Assembly: GCA_041657445.1 (NCBI GenBank)
Contig: JBBABV010000002.1
Coordinates: 3,364 to 67,363, forward strand
Direction: 5' to 3'
Length of the DNA: 64,000 nucleotides
From: Minisyncoccota bacterium
GTDB lineage: Bacteria; Patescibacteriota; Minisyncoccia; Phycocordibacterales; UBA9973
The position numbers were made by a program, and so were the translations under genes. Shown piece after piece: positions 19,436-29,195 of this stretch (position 1 is the stretch's first letter; each line of letters starts with the position of its first letter). The notes below the pieces were generated by a model, which worked only from the letters and a program-made list of their open reading frames with translations, was not told where the DNA came from and did no database searches.

Positions 19436-21234
19436 ATCTCTTTTGGTTTATATAGTTCCTTAAAAATTTTGCGATATACATTCAGGATAACTTCAGGGAT
19501 TGGTTTTATTTTTACCTTTGGTATATCTTCAAAATCTGATTCATCGACCGTATGATCATAACTAAATATATAAATACTGATAATTTTTTTATTCTTCTTT
19601 AAAACCTTTTTTGCCTCCTCGATTTCATTTTCATCAAAAATTATCATCGTTGCCTTATCTATTGATTCATAAAGTGCAAAATCTTTATTTGAAATTATCT
19701 TATCGAATGTTTCCTCTGAAAGACAAAGCATTTCTACTGCTTTTCTAACGAAATCCCTCTTGTCTTTATCTGTTTTAATTTTGTCTATGAATTCTGTCTT
19801 GAAAAATCTTAAATTACCTCCTAATCCTTTCTTTTTTCCATATCCATTAATTACATTTATAATTCTAGGGTACAAAACAGTTGTCATTATTTTATGAGAG
19901 CCGTTTTCGTCTTTATCATTTGTACATAGAATAAATTTTCTTTTTTGTCCATCTTTTTCATTTAAATTTAATACCGCGTGCCCTGTCGAACCAGATCCAG
20001 CAAAAAAATCCAAAATAGTTGCATTTTCGTAAGGGTAAAGAGAGAACATTCTTTCCAGGAAAGCTATAGGTTTTTTACTTCTGAATTTTACTCCTCCTTC
20101 AGATGAGAGTCCTTGCCAAGTAAGATCATCCCAAAGAGTTCCTGCTTTTTCTTGTTTTATTAACTTATCGCCAATTTTTTGAGTTGTATCACTGAGCCAA
20201 TTTACTAAATCACATTTCAAATAATAATTTGTCGCAATTGTACCTTTATTTTTCCCACTTCTTGGCGTGTATTCAATAGAATACAAGTCTCTAGAATTTT
20301 CTGTTGCTGTATTTACTCTAGTTCGAATAGATGATTGGGCTGGTTGAAGTCTAAAAATCTTATCTAAATGGTTTAAGTAAACCTCTTTCTCTGTGCAATT
20401 ATTTTCTTTAGCAAAAGCTTTTAAAGTTAAAACCTTATATTTAGCATGTTTGTATATTTTTATATCCTTACCACTACCATCTTTTATTACTTTATATAGT
20501 TTTTTAGATCCCAAATCTTTTAGAACACTTTTATACTCAAAAGATTTTCCATCTTCCTCTTTTTCATCGATGATATCAAAAAGATTTCTTTTAATATAAA
20601 CAGGTTGGTATTTAAAAAAGTTTCTATTTTTTGCATAAAAAAGTAAAAATTCTATATTTTTCTTTAGTTTTTTATCTTCTCCACCTCCACTAGCGCCAGA
20701 AGATGTTTTTGTTTTTACTGTTATACAATTAATAAAATTTTCACGACCGAATATTTCATCCATTAAAATCTTTAATTGTGCAAATTCGTTTTCATCAATA
20801 CTTACAAACATAAAACCTGTATCTTTCAACAATCGTTTAGAAAGAAGAAGTCTCTTTTGCATGAAAGATAACCATTTTGAATGACGGTAATGATCTTCTG
20901 TATCAATAAATTTATCATTGTACATAAAATCTTTATCTCCAGTATTATAAGGTGGGTCAATGTAGATTATGTCTATCTTTTTTTTATGAGTATAATTTAA
21001 AACAGATAAAGATTCATAATTATCACCCTGTATTAAAATATTTGTCTCACCATTGTTATTCAAAATAGACTTTTTTTCATCATAAGAAATCACGGGTAAC
21101 ATTTGTTTGCATTTTTCAGCAACATCTTCATCTTTTGGTTCCCAAACAATTCCAAATTTTTTACGCTTTAATAACAAGTCCACATAGTGAACCAATTTAT
21201 CTTTAGACCATTCGTGATGAGGTTTCTTTTTCAT
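19432..21234 (-). CDS. mod: Type III R-M Mod subunit (beta-class N6-adenine DNA methyltransferase)
   Basis: Motif IV IYIDPPYNTG precedes motif I ILDFFAGSGSTGHAV. 600 aa. Immediately upstream of res. Confidence 0.8.
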   Translation of the reverse strand: MKKKPHHEWSKDKLVHYVDLLLKRKKFGIVWEPKDEDVAEKCKQMLPVISYDEKKSILNNNGETNILIQGDNYESLSVLNYTHKKKIDIIYIDPPYNTGDKDFMYNDKFIDTEDHYRHSKWLSFMQKRLLLSKRLLKDTGFMFVSIDENEFAQLKILMDEIFGRENFINCITVKTKTSSGASGGGEDKKLKKNIEFLLFYAKNRNFFKYQPVYIKRNLFDIIDEKEEDGKSFEYKSVLKDLGSKKLYKVIKDGSGKDIKIYKHAKYKVLTLKAFAKENNCTEKEVYLNHLDKIFRLQPAQSSIRTRVNTATENSRDLYSIEYTPRSGKNKGTIATNYYLKCDLVNWLSDTTQKIGDKLIKQEKAGTLWDDLTWQGLSSEGGVKFRSKKPIAFLERMFSLYPYENATILDFFAGSGSTGHAVLNLNEKDGQKRKFILCTNDKDENGSHKIMTTVLYPRIINVINGYGKKKGLGGNLRFFKTEFIDKIKTDKDKRDFVRKAVEMLCLSEETFDKIISNKDFALYESIDKATMIIFDENEIEEAKKVLKKNKKIISIYIFSYDHTVDESDFEDIPKVKIKPIPEVILNVYRKIFKELYKPKEI

Positions 21235-21236
21235 AG

Positions 21237-21443
21237 TTATTTCAAAAGTTCGTTAGTAGATACACCCAACACCTTAGCTAAGCTAGTAATGGTTGAAAGA
21301 GTCGGATTGTTTTTTCCGTTCTCGATATTGCTCACAAAAGATCGATCAACGCCCAATATTCTGGCGAGTTCTATTTGGCTAATATCTTTTTTGATCCTAA
21401 GTTTTTTGAGATTTTCTCCCAACTTTTTGGCATCATCTTTCAT
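21237..21443 (-). CDS. XRE-family HTH regulator (controller-like) upstream of mod. The track ORF extends to 21491; the start at 21443 (MKDDAKK) is more likely.
   Basis: HTH_3 motif LKKLRIKKDISQIELARILGVDRSFVSNIENGK. Confidence 0.7.
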   Translation of the reverse strand: MKDDAKKLGENLKKLRIKKDISQIELARILGVDRSFVSNIENGKNNPTLSTITSLAKVLGVSTNELLK

Positions 21444-21485
21444 AAAAAGATTATAGCACACTTTGTTGTAATATAAAACAACAAA

Positions 21486-21514
21486 AAACACCTTCGTAAA
21501 TGAAAGTGTTTTTT
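21486..21514 (-). terminator. Hairpin with flanking T/A runs; the likely terminator downstream of tRNA-Gln
   Basis: ACACCTTC-gtaaat-GAAAGTGT with T-runs on both sides. Confidence 0.5.
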
Positions 21515-21538
21515 GTTTGTAAACTAGCTATCTTTGAG

Positions 21539-21556
21539 CTAGCTCAAGTTGGCTGG
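21539..21556. repeat. Right direct repeat (att-like): ctagctcaagTtggctgg. Its last 7 nt are the 3' end of tRNA-Gln.
   Basis: 17/18 identical to 7901-7918. Confidence 0.65.
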
Positions 21557-21623
21557 GAGACTAGGACTCGAACCTAGATAAATGGATCCAGAATCCATGG
21601 TCCTACCATTAGACGATCTCCCA
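21550..21623 (-). tRNA. tRNA-Gln (anticodon CUG), CCA encoded
   Basis: Acceptor UGGGAGA/UCUCCCA with U1-A72. Anticodon stem AUGGA/UCCAU, loop UUCUGGA. T-arm CUAGG-UUCGAGU-CCUAG. Confidence 0.85.
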
Positions 21624-21914
21624 ATGATTATCATTGCCCTTCCTAACAATAGTACAAAAAGGGGTTTTTATCAAATATTGCACAGGGTTAGTATACAATT
21701 GACACTAGATAGGAATGAAAACAAACCACATATTACGATTGGACAGTACACAATTTTGCCCATTAATACTAAAAACTTAACTCCATATGTGTATATACAT
21801 TATCCACACCCTCCTTGACAATAATGTTAGAAAAATATAACATTAGGTATTTGGTAAATGCCTTTCTAACTTTTAAAAAGAGCATCATTATAAAAAAATA
21901 ACAAGCATAACAAA

Positions 21915-22376
21915 ATGTCAAAAAAACAATTCAAGATCATTCAAATATGTATTGCAGTTATACTCGCATTGATATTTAGTCAATCAATTATTTTAGAGAA
22001 CTATTTCATCCCTATCATTGCTGTTCTAATAGGTCTTGGGCTACTCTTGTGGCTAAAAACAAAAGTAAAAGATGTGTTAGCAGATGAGAGAGATTGGCAA
22101 ATAGGAGGAAAATCAGCAATCCTTTCTCTTCAAATCTTCTCCGGAGTGATGGTGCCAATAATCTTCGTCCTCTACATCTTAAAAGATACCAATCCTACCT
22201 TTGAACCAATCGCTATGGCTTTATCATTCTCAGTCGTTTTCATTATGCTTCTTTACTCTTTGATATTTACATATCTTTCAAAGTATAAATTTGGTGACAA
22301 GAAATCCTTTTACTTGTCGCTTGCTGTATTTATTTTACTCATTTCATTTCTACTTGGTATGAGATTCATAAAATGA
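21915..22376 (+). CDS. Small multi-TM membrane protein (DUF2178-like partner of an XRE regulator)
   Basis: 153 aa with ~4 hydrophobic helices. Overlaps the downstream XRE gene. Confidence 0.6.
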   Translation: MSKKQFKIIQICIAVILALIFSQSIILENYFIPIIAVLIGLGLLLWLKTKVKDVLADERDWQIGGKSAILSLQIFSGVMVPIIFVLYILKDTNPTFEPIAMALSFSVVFIMLLYSLIFTYLSKYKFGDKKSFYLSLAVFILLISFLLGMRFIK

Positions 22377-22567
22377 AAAACAACATCAAAGAATTAAGAA
22401 ACAAAGCAAAACTGACCCAAGAAGAACTTGCTTATATAGTGGGAGTAAGAAGAGAAACGATCCTCTTCCTTGAACAAGGAAAATACAATCCTTCTCTTCG
22501 GCTTGCCTATGATATATCAAAGGTTTTCAAGATGAGTATTGAAGAGGTTTTTTCATTTAAGAAATAA
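22373..22567 (+). CDS. XRE-family HTH transcriptional regulator
   Basis: [39 protein letters not shown]. Confidence 0.8.
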   Translation: MKNNIKELRNKAKLTQEELAYIVGVRRETILFLEQGKYNPSLRLAYDISKVFKMSIEEVFSFKK

Positions 22568-22583
22568 CAGTTATAATAATAAA

Positions 22584-22844
22584 ATGAAAATATCAGTAAA
22601 AGCGAAGACAAAGGCGAAGGAAGAAAAAGTTGAGAAATTAAATCAGCCCTCTCTTCCCTTTTCTAAAAAAGAAAAAGAAGAACTGCCAATCTACAAAGTG
22701 TCGGTAAAGGAAGCACCTGAACACGGAAAAGCAAACATTGCAATCATCAAACTCTTATCAAAGTATTTTGATGTCCCATATTCTTCTATCACTCTCATCT
22801 CTGGGCAAACTTCCAAGCAAAAAGTCTTTGAGATTTTTGAATAG
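22584..22844 (+). CDS. YggU/DUF167-family protein. The track ORF begins at 22539; MKISVKAK at 22584 is the likely start.
   Basis: VKEAPEHGKANIAIIKLLSKYFDVPYSSITLISGQTSKQKVFEI matches the DUF167 pattern. Confidence 0.65.
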   Translation: MKISVKAKTKAKEEKVEKLNQPSLPFSKKEKEELPIYKVSVKEAPEHGKANIAIIKLLSKYFDVPYSSITLISGQTSKQKVFEIFE

Positions 22845-22935
22845 GTATTTCCTAAAAATATCATTTTCAAAACTTAAGAAACCCAACCCCTCCAAACTAA
22901 ATGCGATTTTTCAACTTTTTTGTTAGAATGAATCC

Positions 22936-23940
22936 ATGCCTAACATAGAGTATTCAATCATCGTATCAGGACTTACAAAGAAATTCACCTTTCCAGTGAA
23001 GAGTTCTTCTCATTCGTGGTTCATAAATCTCTTTAAGCCAGAGAAGAGAGAGGTCACTGCTGTAAACGATATCTCTTTTAAGGTAGCAAAAGGTGAAAGG
23101 GTAGCTTTCATCGGACCAAACGGTGCAGGCAAATCTACTACTATTAAGATGCTTTCAGGTATACTCTTCCCTACTTCAGGAGACATCTCCGTGCTTGGAC
23201 TTGACCCAAAGACAGAGAGGAAAAAGCTAGCATACAGGGTAGGGACAGTCTTCGGACAGAGATCTCAGCTTTTACCAAATCTTCCACTCACTGATTCATT
23301 GGAATTCTATGGTGTGATGTATGACTTGAGTAAGATTGAGATTAAAAAAAGAATTGAAGAATTAACAAATCTCTTTGACCTAGTTTCTTTTATAGACCAA
23401 CCAGTGAGAAAACTTTCATTAGGACAGCGAATGAAGGGAGAGATAGCAGTATCACTCATTCACAAACCTGACATCATATTCTTAGACGAGCCAACCATAG
23501 GGCTTGATGTAGTAGCCAAGAAATCCTTGAGAGACCTTCTACTTAAAATCAACCAAGAAGAGAAGACTACCATATTCTTAACTTCTCATGATGTAGGAGA
23601 TATTGAATCACTATGTGAGAGAACTGTAATCATAAATCACGGTGCAATCATCAAAGACATCTCTACCAGCGAACTTTCAAAATCATTTGTAAAGGAGAAA
23701 AATATTGAAGTCATCCCACTTGAGAGTTTAGAAGAATTTCCATCTCTTCCTCTCGGACTTCGCTATAGTATCAAAGAAAAGAATCGGATAGTGGTCACAG
23801 TTGATTTAGAGAAGATAGAAGTACAGGATTCCCTTCGTAATCTTTTAGGATTATTCAGTGTAGACGACATAGATGTATATGATACAGATTTAGAAACGAT
23901 AATTAGAAATATATATGAAAACACTTCGTCTAGGAAGTAA
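22936..23940 (+). CDS. ABC transporter ATP-binding protein
   Basis: Walker A GPNGAGKSTT, signature LSLGQRMK, Walker B IIFLDEPT. Confidence 0.9.
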   Translation: MPNIEYSIIVSGLTKKFTFPVKSSSHSWFINLFKPEKREVTAVNDISFKVAKGERVAFIGPNGAGKSTTIKMLSGILFPTSGDISVLGLDPKTERKKLAYRVGTVFGQRSQLLPNLPLTDSLEFYGVMYDLSKIEIKKRIEELTNLFDLVSFIDQPVRKLSLGQRMKGEIAVSLIHKPDIIFLDEPTIGLDVVAKKSLRDLLLKINQEEKTTIFLTSHDVGDIESLCERTVIINHGAIIKDISTSELSKSFVKEKNIEVIPLESLEEFPSLPLGLRYSIKEKNRIVVTVDLEKIEVQDSLRNLLGLFSVDDIDVYDTDLETIIRNIYENTSSRK

Positions 23941-24715
23941 AATAATAGGCACACTGGTAAAGGATAGGATTTATTATCCAAATCAATCTTTTGCTGAAAT
24001 TATCGGAATATTCTCTCGATGCGTAGTCCTTCTTCTTCTTTATTGGTATGTGTATAAAATTAACGATGGAACCATAAACGGAACTACATTCACTCCTGTC
24101 GCTTGGAGTATGTTCTTTTACTTCATACTATTAGTTCTAAATTTAAGAAAGGTTGCTAATGAAATAATGCAAGATGTCGTATCAGGAAAAGTAGAAACAC
24201 TCTTTAGTAAACCTGTATCATATCTATTCTATCGTTCTTTTTGGCAAATAGGTATAGGAATATACTCATTTGTATTAATTACAATACTTGGAGGGATAAC
24301 ATTGTATTTTTTAGTTGGACTACCAGATATAATGTATCAAGTTATGTTTCTTCCGACACTTCTAGGCACTTTGGTTCTCGGAAGCATTCTTTGCCTTTTA
24401 GTTTACATAGCAGTAGGACTGTTAGCATTTTGGATGGAAGATATCAATCCTGTATTTTGGTTAATAGATAAAGCAGTGATGATATTAGGTGGTTCATATC
24501 TACCTGTCGCCTTATTCCCAGAGCTTATGTATAAGATAGCAATATACAGTCCATTCGGTGCATTATACTTTATAACTCACACTGTATATGACAGTTGGGA
24601 GATTGATTGGCTTTTTAAAATGGGAATGCAATTAGCATGGATAGGTATCATGTCCTTAATAGTGTTTTTCCTTTTTAAAAAAGCGAGGAAAAAGGTTTCA
24701 GTAAATGGAGGATAA
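23915..24715 (+). CDS. ABC-2-type transporter permease
   Basis: 6-TM integral membrane protein overlapping the ATPase gene. Confidence 0.7.
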   Translation: MKTLRLGSKIIGTLVKDRIYYPNQSFAEIIGIFSRCVVLLLLYWYVYKINDGTINGTTFTPVAWSMFFYFILLVLNLRKVANEIMQDVVSGKVETLFSKPVSYLFYRSFWQIGIGIYSFVLITILGGITLYFLVGLPDIMYQVMFLPTLLGTLVLGSILCLLVYIAVGLLAFWMEDINPVFWLIDKAVMILGGSYLPVALFPELMYKIAIYSPFGALYFITHTVYDSWEIDWLFKMGMQLAWIGIMSLIVFFLFKKARKKVSVNGG

Positions 24716-24720
24716 AAAAA

Positions 24721-25515
24721 ATGTTAAAAGAATTAAAATTTGCATTTTATGCAATTAAAAAGAATTTTCAGAATGGATTAGAGCTACGAACTAGCTTCTT
24801 TACGAATGTCTTTGGTATGGCTATTAACAATACTGCTTTCATCATCATCTGGGTATCTTTTACTAAATCAATAGGAATACTAAATGGGTGGACAGCAATA
24901 GATATCATCGGACTAATAGGATTCAGTTCTCTTACATTTGGACTTACATTTTCATTTGCATCAGGATTTAGAAAATTATCAGAGTATGTGACTATGGGTA
25001 GTTTTGATAGATATATCCTTTCTCCTAAGAACCTCATCTTAAGAATTGCTACTTCTTGGTTTAGCCCATCAGGAATTGGAGACATTGTATTTGGAATTAT
25101 CACCCTTATTATTTATGGAATCCTCATTTCTGCCACAGCATTCCAGATATTTTTAATATTCATTCTTTCTATCACAGCCACTATATGTATGATAGCCATA
25201 TCTATCACTATATTTTCTGCAAGTTTTCTCTTCGCTGATTCTAGAGCTATCACTGATGGATTACTTCACTTCTTCTTAAGTCCTTCCCTCTTTCACGGAG
25301 GTGCATTCCAAGGAGGGATTAGATTTGTGTTTACCTTCCTCGTTCCATCTCTCGTAGTTGGAGCACTTCCAGTGGAAGCATTAAAGGATATTGATATACT
25401 AAAAGTTCTCTTGATACTCTTTATATCTGTGATTTGGTTCTATATTTCTGTGAAGATTTTCTACAAAGGTGTAGAAAAATATGAAAGCACAAACTTTATG
25501 ACTTTTGGAAATTAG
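24721..25515 (+). CDS. ABC-2-type transporter permease (second)
   Basis: Multi-TM protein in the same operon. Confidence 0.7.
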   Translation: MLKELKFAFYAIKKNFQNGLELRTSFFTNVFGMAINNTAFIIIWVSFTKSIGILNGWTAIDIIGLIGFSSLTFGLTFSFASGFRKLSEYVTMGSFDRYILSPKNLILRIATSWFSPSGIGDIVFGIITLIIYGILISATAFQIFLIFILSITATICMIAISITIFSASFLFADSRAITDGLLHFFLSPSLFHGGAFQGGIRFVFTFLVPSLVVGALPVEALKDIDILKVLLILFISVIWFYISVKIFYKGVEKYESTNFMTFGN

Positions 25516-25544
25516 AAATAATTGCTATAATCTATATACAAAAT

Positions 25545-26456
25545 ATGTCATACACCATTCGCAACCTTGAACACGGAAGATGGATTGATATTCAGAAACC
25601 AACTGAAATAGATATAGAATTCCTAAAGAAGGAATTCCCTTTCATTCACCCTACGAATCTTGAAGACTCGCTTGAGCGAGTACAACACTCAAAAATGGAC
25701 ATCAATGAGAAATATCTATTCCTCTCCACTGTAATTCCTATGGGAATAGAACCAGTAAAAAAGATGACAAGCTTTGAGGTATCTTTCTTCTTAACAAACA
25801 ACGACCTCATCACCATCACCCACCAAGAAACTAGTTTATTCACCTCCGAACAAGCCGATGAAGGAGAAATAGCAGATATCTCTCTTCCTGAAACACCAGT
25901 ACTTCTAATGTATAGATTCCTTGAAAAGCTTTATGAAATGTCTGACAAAAATATCACAAAGATAACCAAGGCTGTTCAGCGAATTGATGACACTATTTTA
26001 GTAGTGAAGTCACCCGATATCATCAGAGAGATTGCTTTTCTTCAAAGAAACATTATTTATTTCATCACCACTTTAGTTACCACCATTCCTCTCTTTGTTG
26101 AACTTGAGAAAAAGGACCTTTCATACGATAAATCAGGAATGAAGGAATACTGGGGAGATATTGCTGACAAGTTAAATAGTCAGAAAGACACCCTTGAGGA
26201 TTATAATCTCCTACTGAGAACATTATCAAAAGCACACGAGATGTTCATCAATCACAGAATGAATAGTATAATGTCAGTTCTTACTGTGTTCTCTGTTATC
26301 TTTCTTCCTCTTAATCTAATAGCAGGTATATATGGAATGAATTTAAATTATTTACCCTTTGCAGATAGTGCAAATGGTTTTATTGAAATCACATTCTTAA
26401 TGGTATTGGTAGCAGTAGGATTATTTTCTTTCTTTAAATTAAGAGAATGGATTTAA
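25545..26456 (+). CDS. corA: CorA-family divalent cation (Mg2+/Co2+) transporter
   Basis: C-terminal 2-TM region with the GMN motif (IYGMNLNYLP). Confidence 0.8.
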   Translation: MSYTIRNLEHGRWIDIQKPTEIDIEFLKKEFPFIHPTNLEDSLERVQHSKMDINEKYLFLSTVIPMGIEPVKKMTSFEVSFFLTNNDLITITHQETSLFTSEQADEGEIADISLPETPVLLMYRFLEKLYEMSDKNITKITKAVQRIDDTILVVKSPDIIREIAFLQRNIIYFITTLVTTIPLFVELEKKDLSYDKSGMKEYWGDIADKLNSQKDTLEDYNLLLRTLSKAHEMFINHRMNSIMSVLTVFSVIFLPLNLIAGIYGMNLNYLPFADSANGFIEITFLMVLVAVGLFSFFKLREWI

Positions 26457-26505
26457 AAAGGGGAAAACTAATAGACATATTTAGAAATAAACTGGTATAA
26501 TTCAT

Positions 26506-26904
26506 ATGATGAATTCCGCAACAAACAAAGAAAATATTCTCATAATAGAAGATGATAGTAATCTTGTTTCTTTACTCTCAGGAAGACTTGAGTCTGCAGG
26601 ATACAAAACAGAAATAGCAACAGACGGAGAAAAAGCATTGATAGAGATAGAAAAAAAGCCAGATTTGATTCTGCTTGATATTATGCTTCCCAAATTAAGT
26701 GGTCTTGATGTTATGAAAATAATCAGAGAGAAAGATGAATGGGGTAAAAAAGTTCCGATTATTATCACCAGTAATTTAAATCCTGATGATGATCATATTA
26801 TAAGTAGTGTAGCCAAATACTCCCCTGCTTTTTATCTAGTAAAAGCAAATTACTCTCTAGAGGAAATTATTGAAAAAATAAAAAGTGTTTTGCTGACAAA
26901 ATGA
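26506..26904 (+). CDS. Stand-alone response regulator receiver (CheY-like)
   Basis: ILIIEDD...LILLDIMLPKLSGLDVMKIIRE. 132 aa, no output domain. Confidence 0.85.
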   Translation: MMNSATNKENILIIEDDSNLVSLLSGRLESAGYKTEIATDGEKALIEIEKKPDLILLDIMLPKLSGLDVMKIIREKDEWGKKVPIIITSNLNPDDDHIISSVAKYSPAFYLVKANYSLEEIIEKIKSVLLTK

Positions 26905-28910
26905 AAATAAGAACAAAAATCACAATACTTACAGGTGCCTTGATTTTAGGAACAACCTTTATAGTATTAGGACAGTATTTCCTTGAAAAAGAAAGGTTAA
27001 GTGATTTTCTAAAAGAAGTTACAAGGGAAGAAAAAGATTCTTTCAATCTCCTTGTTTCTCTTTCTAGTTCAAATATATCAACACTAGCAAGAGACTATAC
27101 TTTCTGGGATGAAATGGTGGAATATGTCAACAATCCAGATCCAATTTTTGCAGAAGAGAACATAAATGAAGGGGTAAATGTATTTAATGCAAGCAGTGCC
27201 TATGTTTATAACATAGACAAAGAATTAGTTTATGTATATGACATAAATCATCAAGTTCCTTTCATTAATTTTTCAAAAGAAACATTAGAAGAATTAATGA
27301 GAAGTCGTTTCACTCACTTTTTTGCAAGAACAAATAGCAATATAACAGAATTTAGTGCTGCCACAATTCACCCAACAAATGATTCTGAAAGAATTACTAA
27401 ACCTCAAGGTCTTTTTATTGTAGGAAAGCACTGGGACAATAATTATATTAGTAATCTAGAAAATCTATCTGGAATGTCTATCATTCATGAAGGAGAAGAA
27501 ATTCCAAATGAGGAAGATTCAAGTATAAAATTTTCATACCAGATATTAGATAAAAACAATAATATAATTGAAACTTTCACAATAGTATCTCCATTACCAA
27601 TTTTTGATGATATGCAAAGAGCATCAAGAAATCAACTTCTATTTATCATTTTTTCTACACTGCTTATGCTTTTTGTAATATTTATCTCTCTTAATAGATT
27701 GGTAGGAAAACCAATTGAGTCTCTTTCAAGAAGTATAAAGAAAAAAGATATTGAATTAATGAAAAAAATGCAGAAAAGTCCTTCTGAGTTTGGAGTTCTA
27801 GCAAAATTAGTTTTAGATTTTTCAGAACATGAATTAGTGCTTCAATCAAAAGCAAAAGACGAAGCTATACTTTCAGCAGTTGGTAGTGGATTGATTGCTG
27901 TTGACAAAGAAAAAAGAATAAGTCTATTCAATGTAGCAGCTGAACATCTTTTTGGTGTAAATGCTAAAGATGCTTTAGGTAAATCAGTTGATTCAGTATT
28001 TGAAACAAGAACTCATTCTGGTTTTTCTTTCTCACCTGAAGATTTCCCCCTTTCAAAAGCATTAAGAGAAAAAAAATTAGTAAGCGAAACCGTTCAATGT
28101 ATAACAAAAGATGGAAAAAAATTCCCAGCAGTAATTACTGCTGCCCCTGTGATATTAAATAACGAGGTCATAGGAGCAGTGCAAGATTTACGTGATATCA
28201 CAAGCGAAGAAGCCCTAGAGCAAAGCAAGAGAGATTTTATTTCTCTCATTTCTCATGAATTAAGAACTCCTTTGACTAGTCTTGATTGGACAGTAGAAAA
28301 ACTAGAATCAGAAAAGAATCTTCCTCTTGATATTATTGAATCAACAATTCCATATATGAGATCTTCTTTAAATAGAATAAAAACACTTGTTTCAGCTATG
28401 ATAGAGGTCTCAAAAATTGAAAGTGGTTCTGTGATTACTGCAAGTAACGAATTAGAAATTTCTGTCCTTATTGATAATTCAATAAAGGAATTAAAACCTG
28501 GAATTGAAGCAAAAAAATTAAAAATAGAGATAAATGATGAAACTGATGATAAAGACACTGTGCTTTCTGATGAAAAATTGCTTCAAATAATCATAAATAA
28601 TCTAATATCAAATGCTGTAAGATATAGTAATGAAAATGGAATTGTTAGAATTAACATTAAGAAGGATGAAAAGGAGTTTGTAATTGATATTGCAAATACA
28701 GGTGAAGGTATTCCAGAAGAGGAACAATCAAGAATTTTCTCAAAAATGTTTAGAGCAACAAATGCAAAACTAATTTCTCCAGATGGAGTAGGATTAGGAC
28801 TCTTTATAAGTAAATCATTTCTTGAAAAACTTGGTGGATCTCTCACCTTTTTGTCCATTCCAAATAAAGAAACTATTTTCAGCATCCATTTACCTGTTTT
28901 GAGAAAGTAA
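26901..28910 (+). CDS. Sensor histidine kinase with an N-terminal TM/extracellular region and a PAS domain
   Basis: H-box HELRTPLTSL, N-box IINNLISNAVRYS, and G-boxes DIANTGEGIP and GVGLGLFISK. Confidence 0.85.
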   Translation: MKIRTKITILTGALILGTTFIVLGQYFLEKERLSDFLKEVTREEKDSFNLLVSLSSSNISTLARDYTFWDEMVEYVNNPDPIFAEENINEGVNVFNASSAYVYNIDKELVYVYDINHQVPFINFSKETLEELMRSRFTHFFARTNSNITEFSAATIHPTNDSERITKPQGLFIVGKHWDNNYISNLENLSGMSIIHEGEEIPNEEDSSIKFSYQILDKNNNIIETFTIVSPLPIFDDMQRASRNQLLFIIFSTLLMLFVIFISLNRLVGKPIESLSRSIKKKDIELMKKMQKSPSEFGVLAKLVLDFSEHELVLQSKAKDEAILSAVGSGLIAVDKEKRISLFNVAAEHLFGVNAKDALGKSVDSVFETRTHSGFSFSPEDFPLSKALREKKLVSETVQCITKDGKKFPAVITAAPVILNNEVIGAVQDLRDITSEEALEQSKRDFISLISHELRTPLTSLDWTVEKLESEKNLPLDIIESTIPYMRSSLNRIKTLVSAMIEVSKIESGSVITASNELEISVLIDNSIKELKPGIEAKKLKIEINDETDDKDTVLSDEKLLQIIINNLISNAVRYSNENGIVRINIKKDEKEFVIDIANTGEGIPEEEQSRIFSKMFRATNAKLISPDGVGLGLFISKSFLEKLGGSLTFLSIPNKETIFSIHLPVLRK

Positions 28911-29006
28911 TACTCTTTTAATCTTAATCTGATATAAAAATACTTGCTCCATTACTTGCATTATGTTATGGTGGTAATAGGTCGTCTATTGTCAGTTTAA
29001 CTTTGA

Positions 29007-29108
29007 ATTATACAAAATGGATAACGATCAAAATCCAAACCCTGTTGTTCCTCCTGCAACTGAAGGAGAAGAAACAACTACTCCTGAACAGCAACAACCA
29101 GCTCAATA
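29007..29108 (+). CDS. Small acidic/proline-rich peptide (33 aa), hypothetical
   Basis: Translation MDNDQNPNPVVPPATEGEETTTPEQQQPAQ. A strong terminator follows at 29133-29160. Confidence 0.25.
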
Positions 29109-29132
29109 AAAACTGGTACTCTGAAGAAACAA

Positions 29133-29160
29133 AGACACCCTAAAAAGGGTGTTTTTTGTT
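29133..29160 (+). terminator. Rho-independent terminator
   Basis: GACACCC-taaaaa-GGGTGTTTTTTGTTTT. Confidence 0.7.
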
Positions 29161-29195
29161 TTACTTTTTTAAATAAATCATAGTATAATATCTAT

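Noticed and set aside
21582-21818. 78-aa plus-strand ORF
   Set aside because: It overlaps tRNA-Gln on the opposite strand and the tRNA promoter region, and has no motif.
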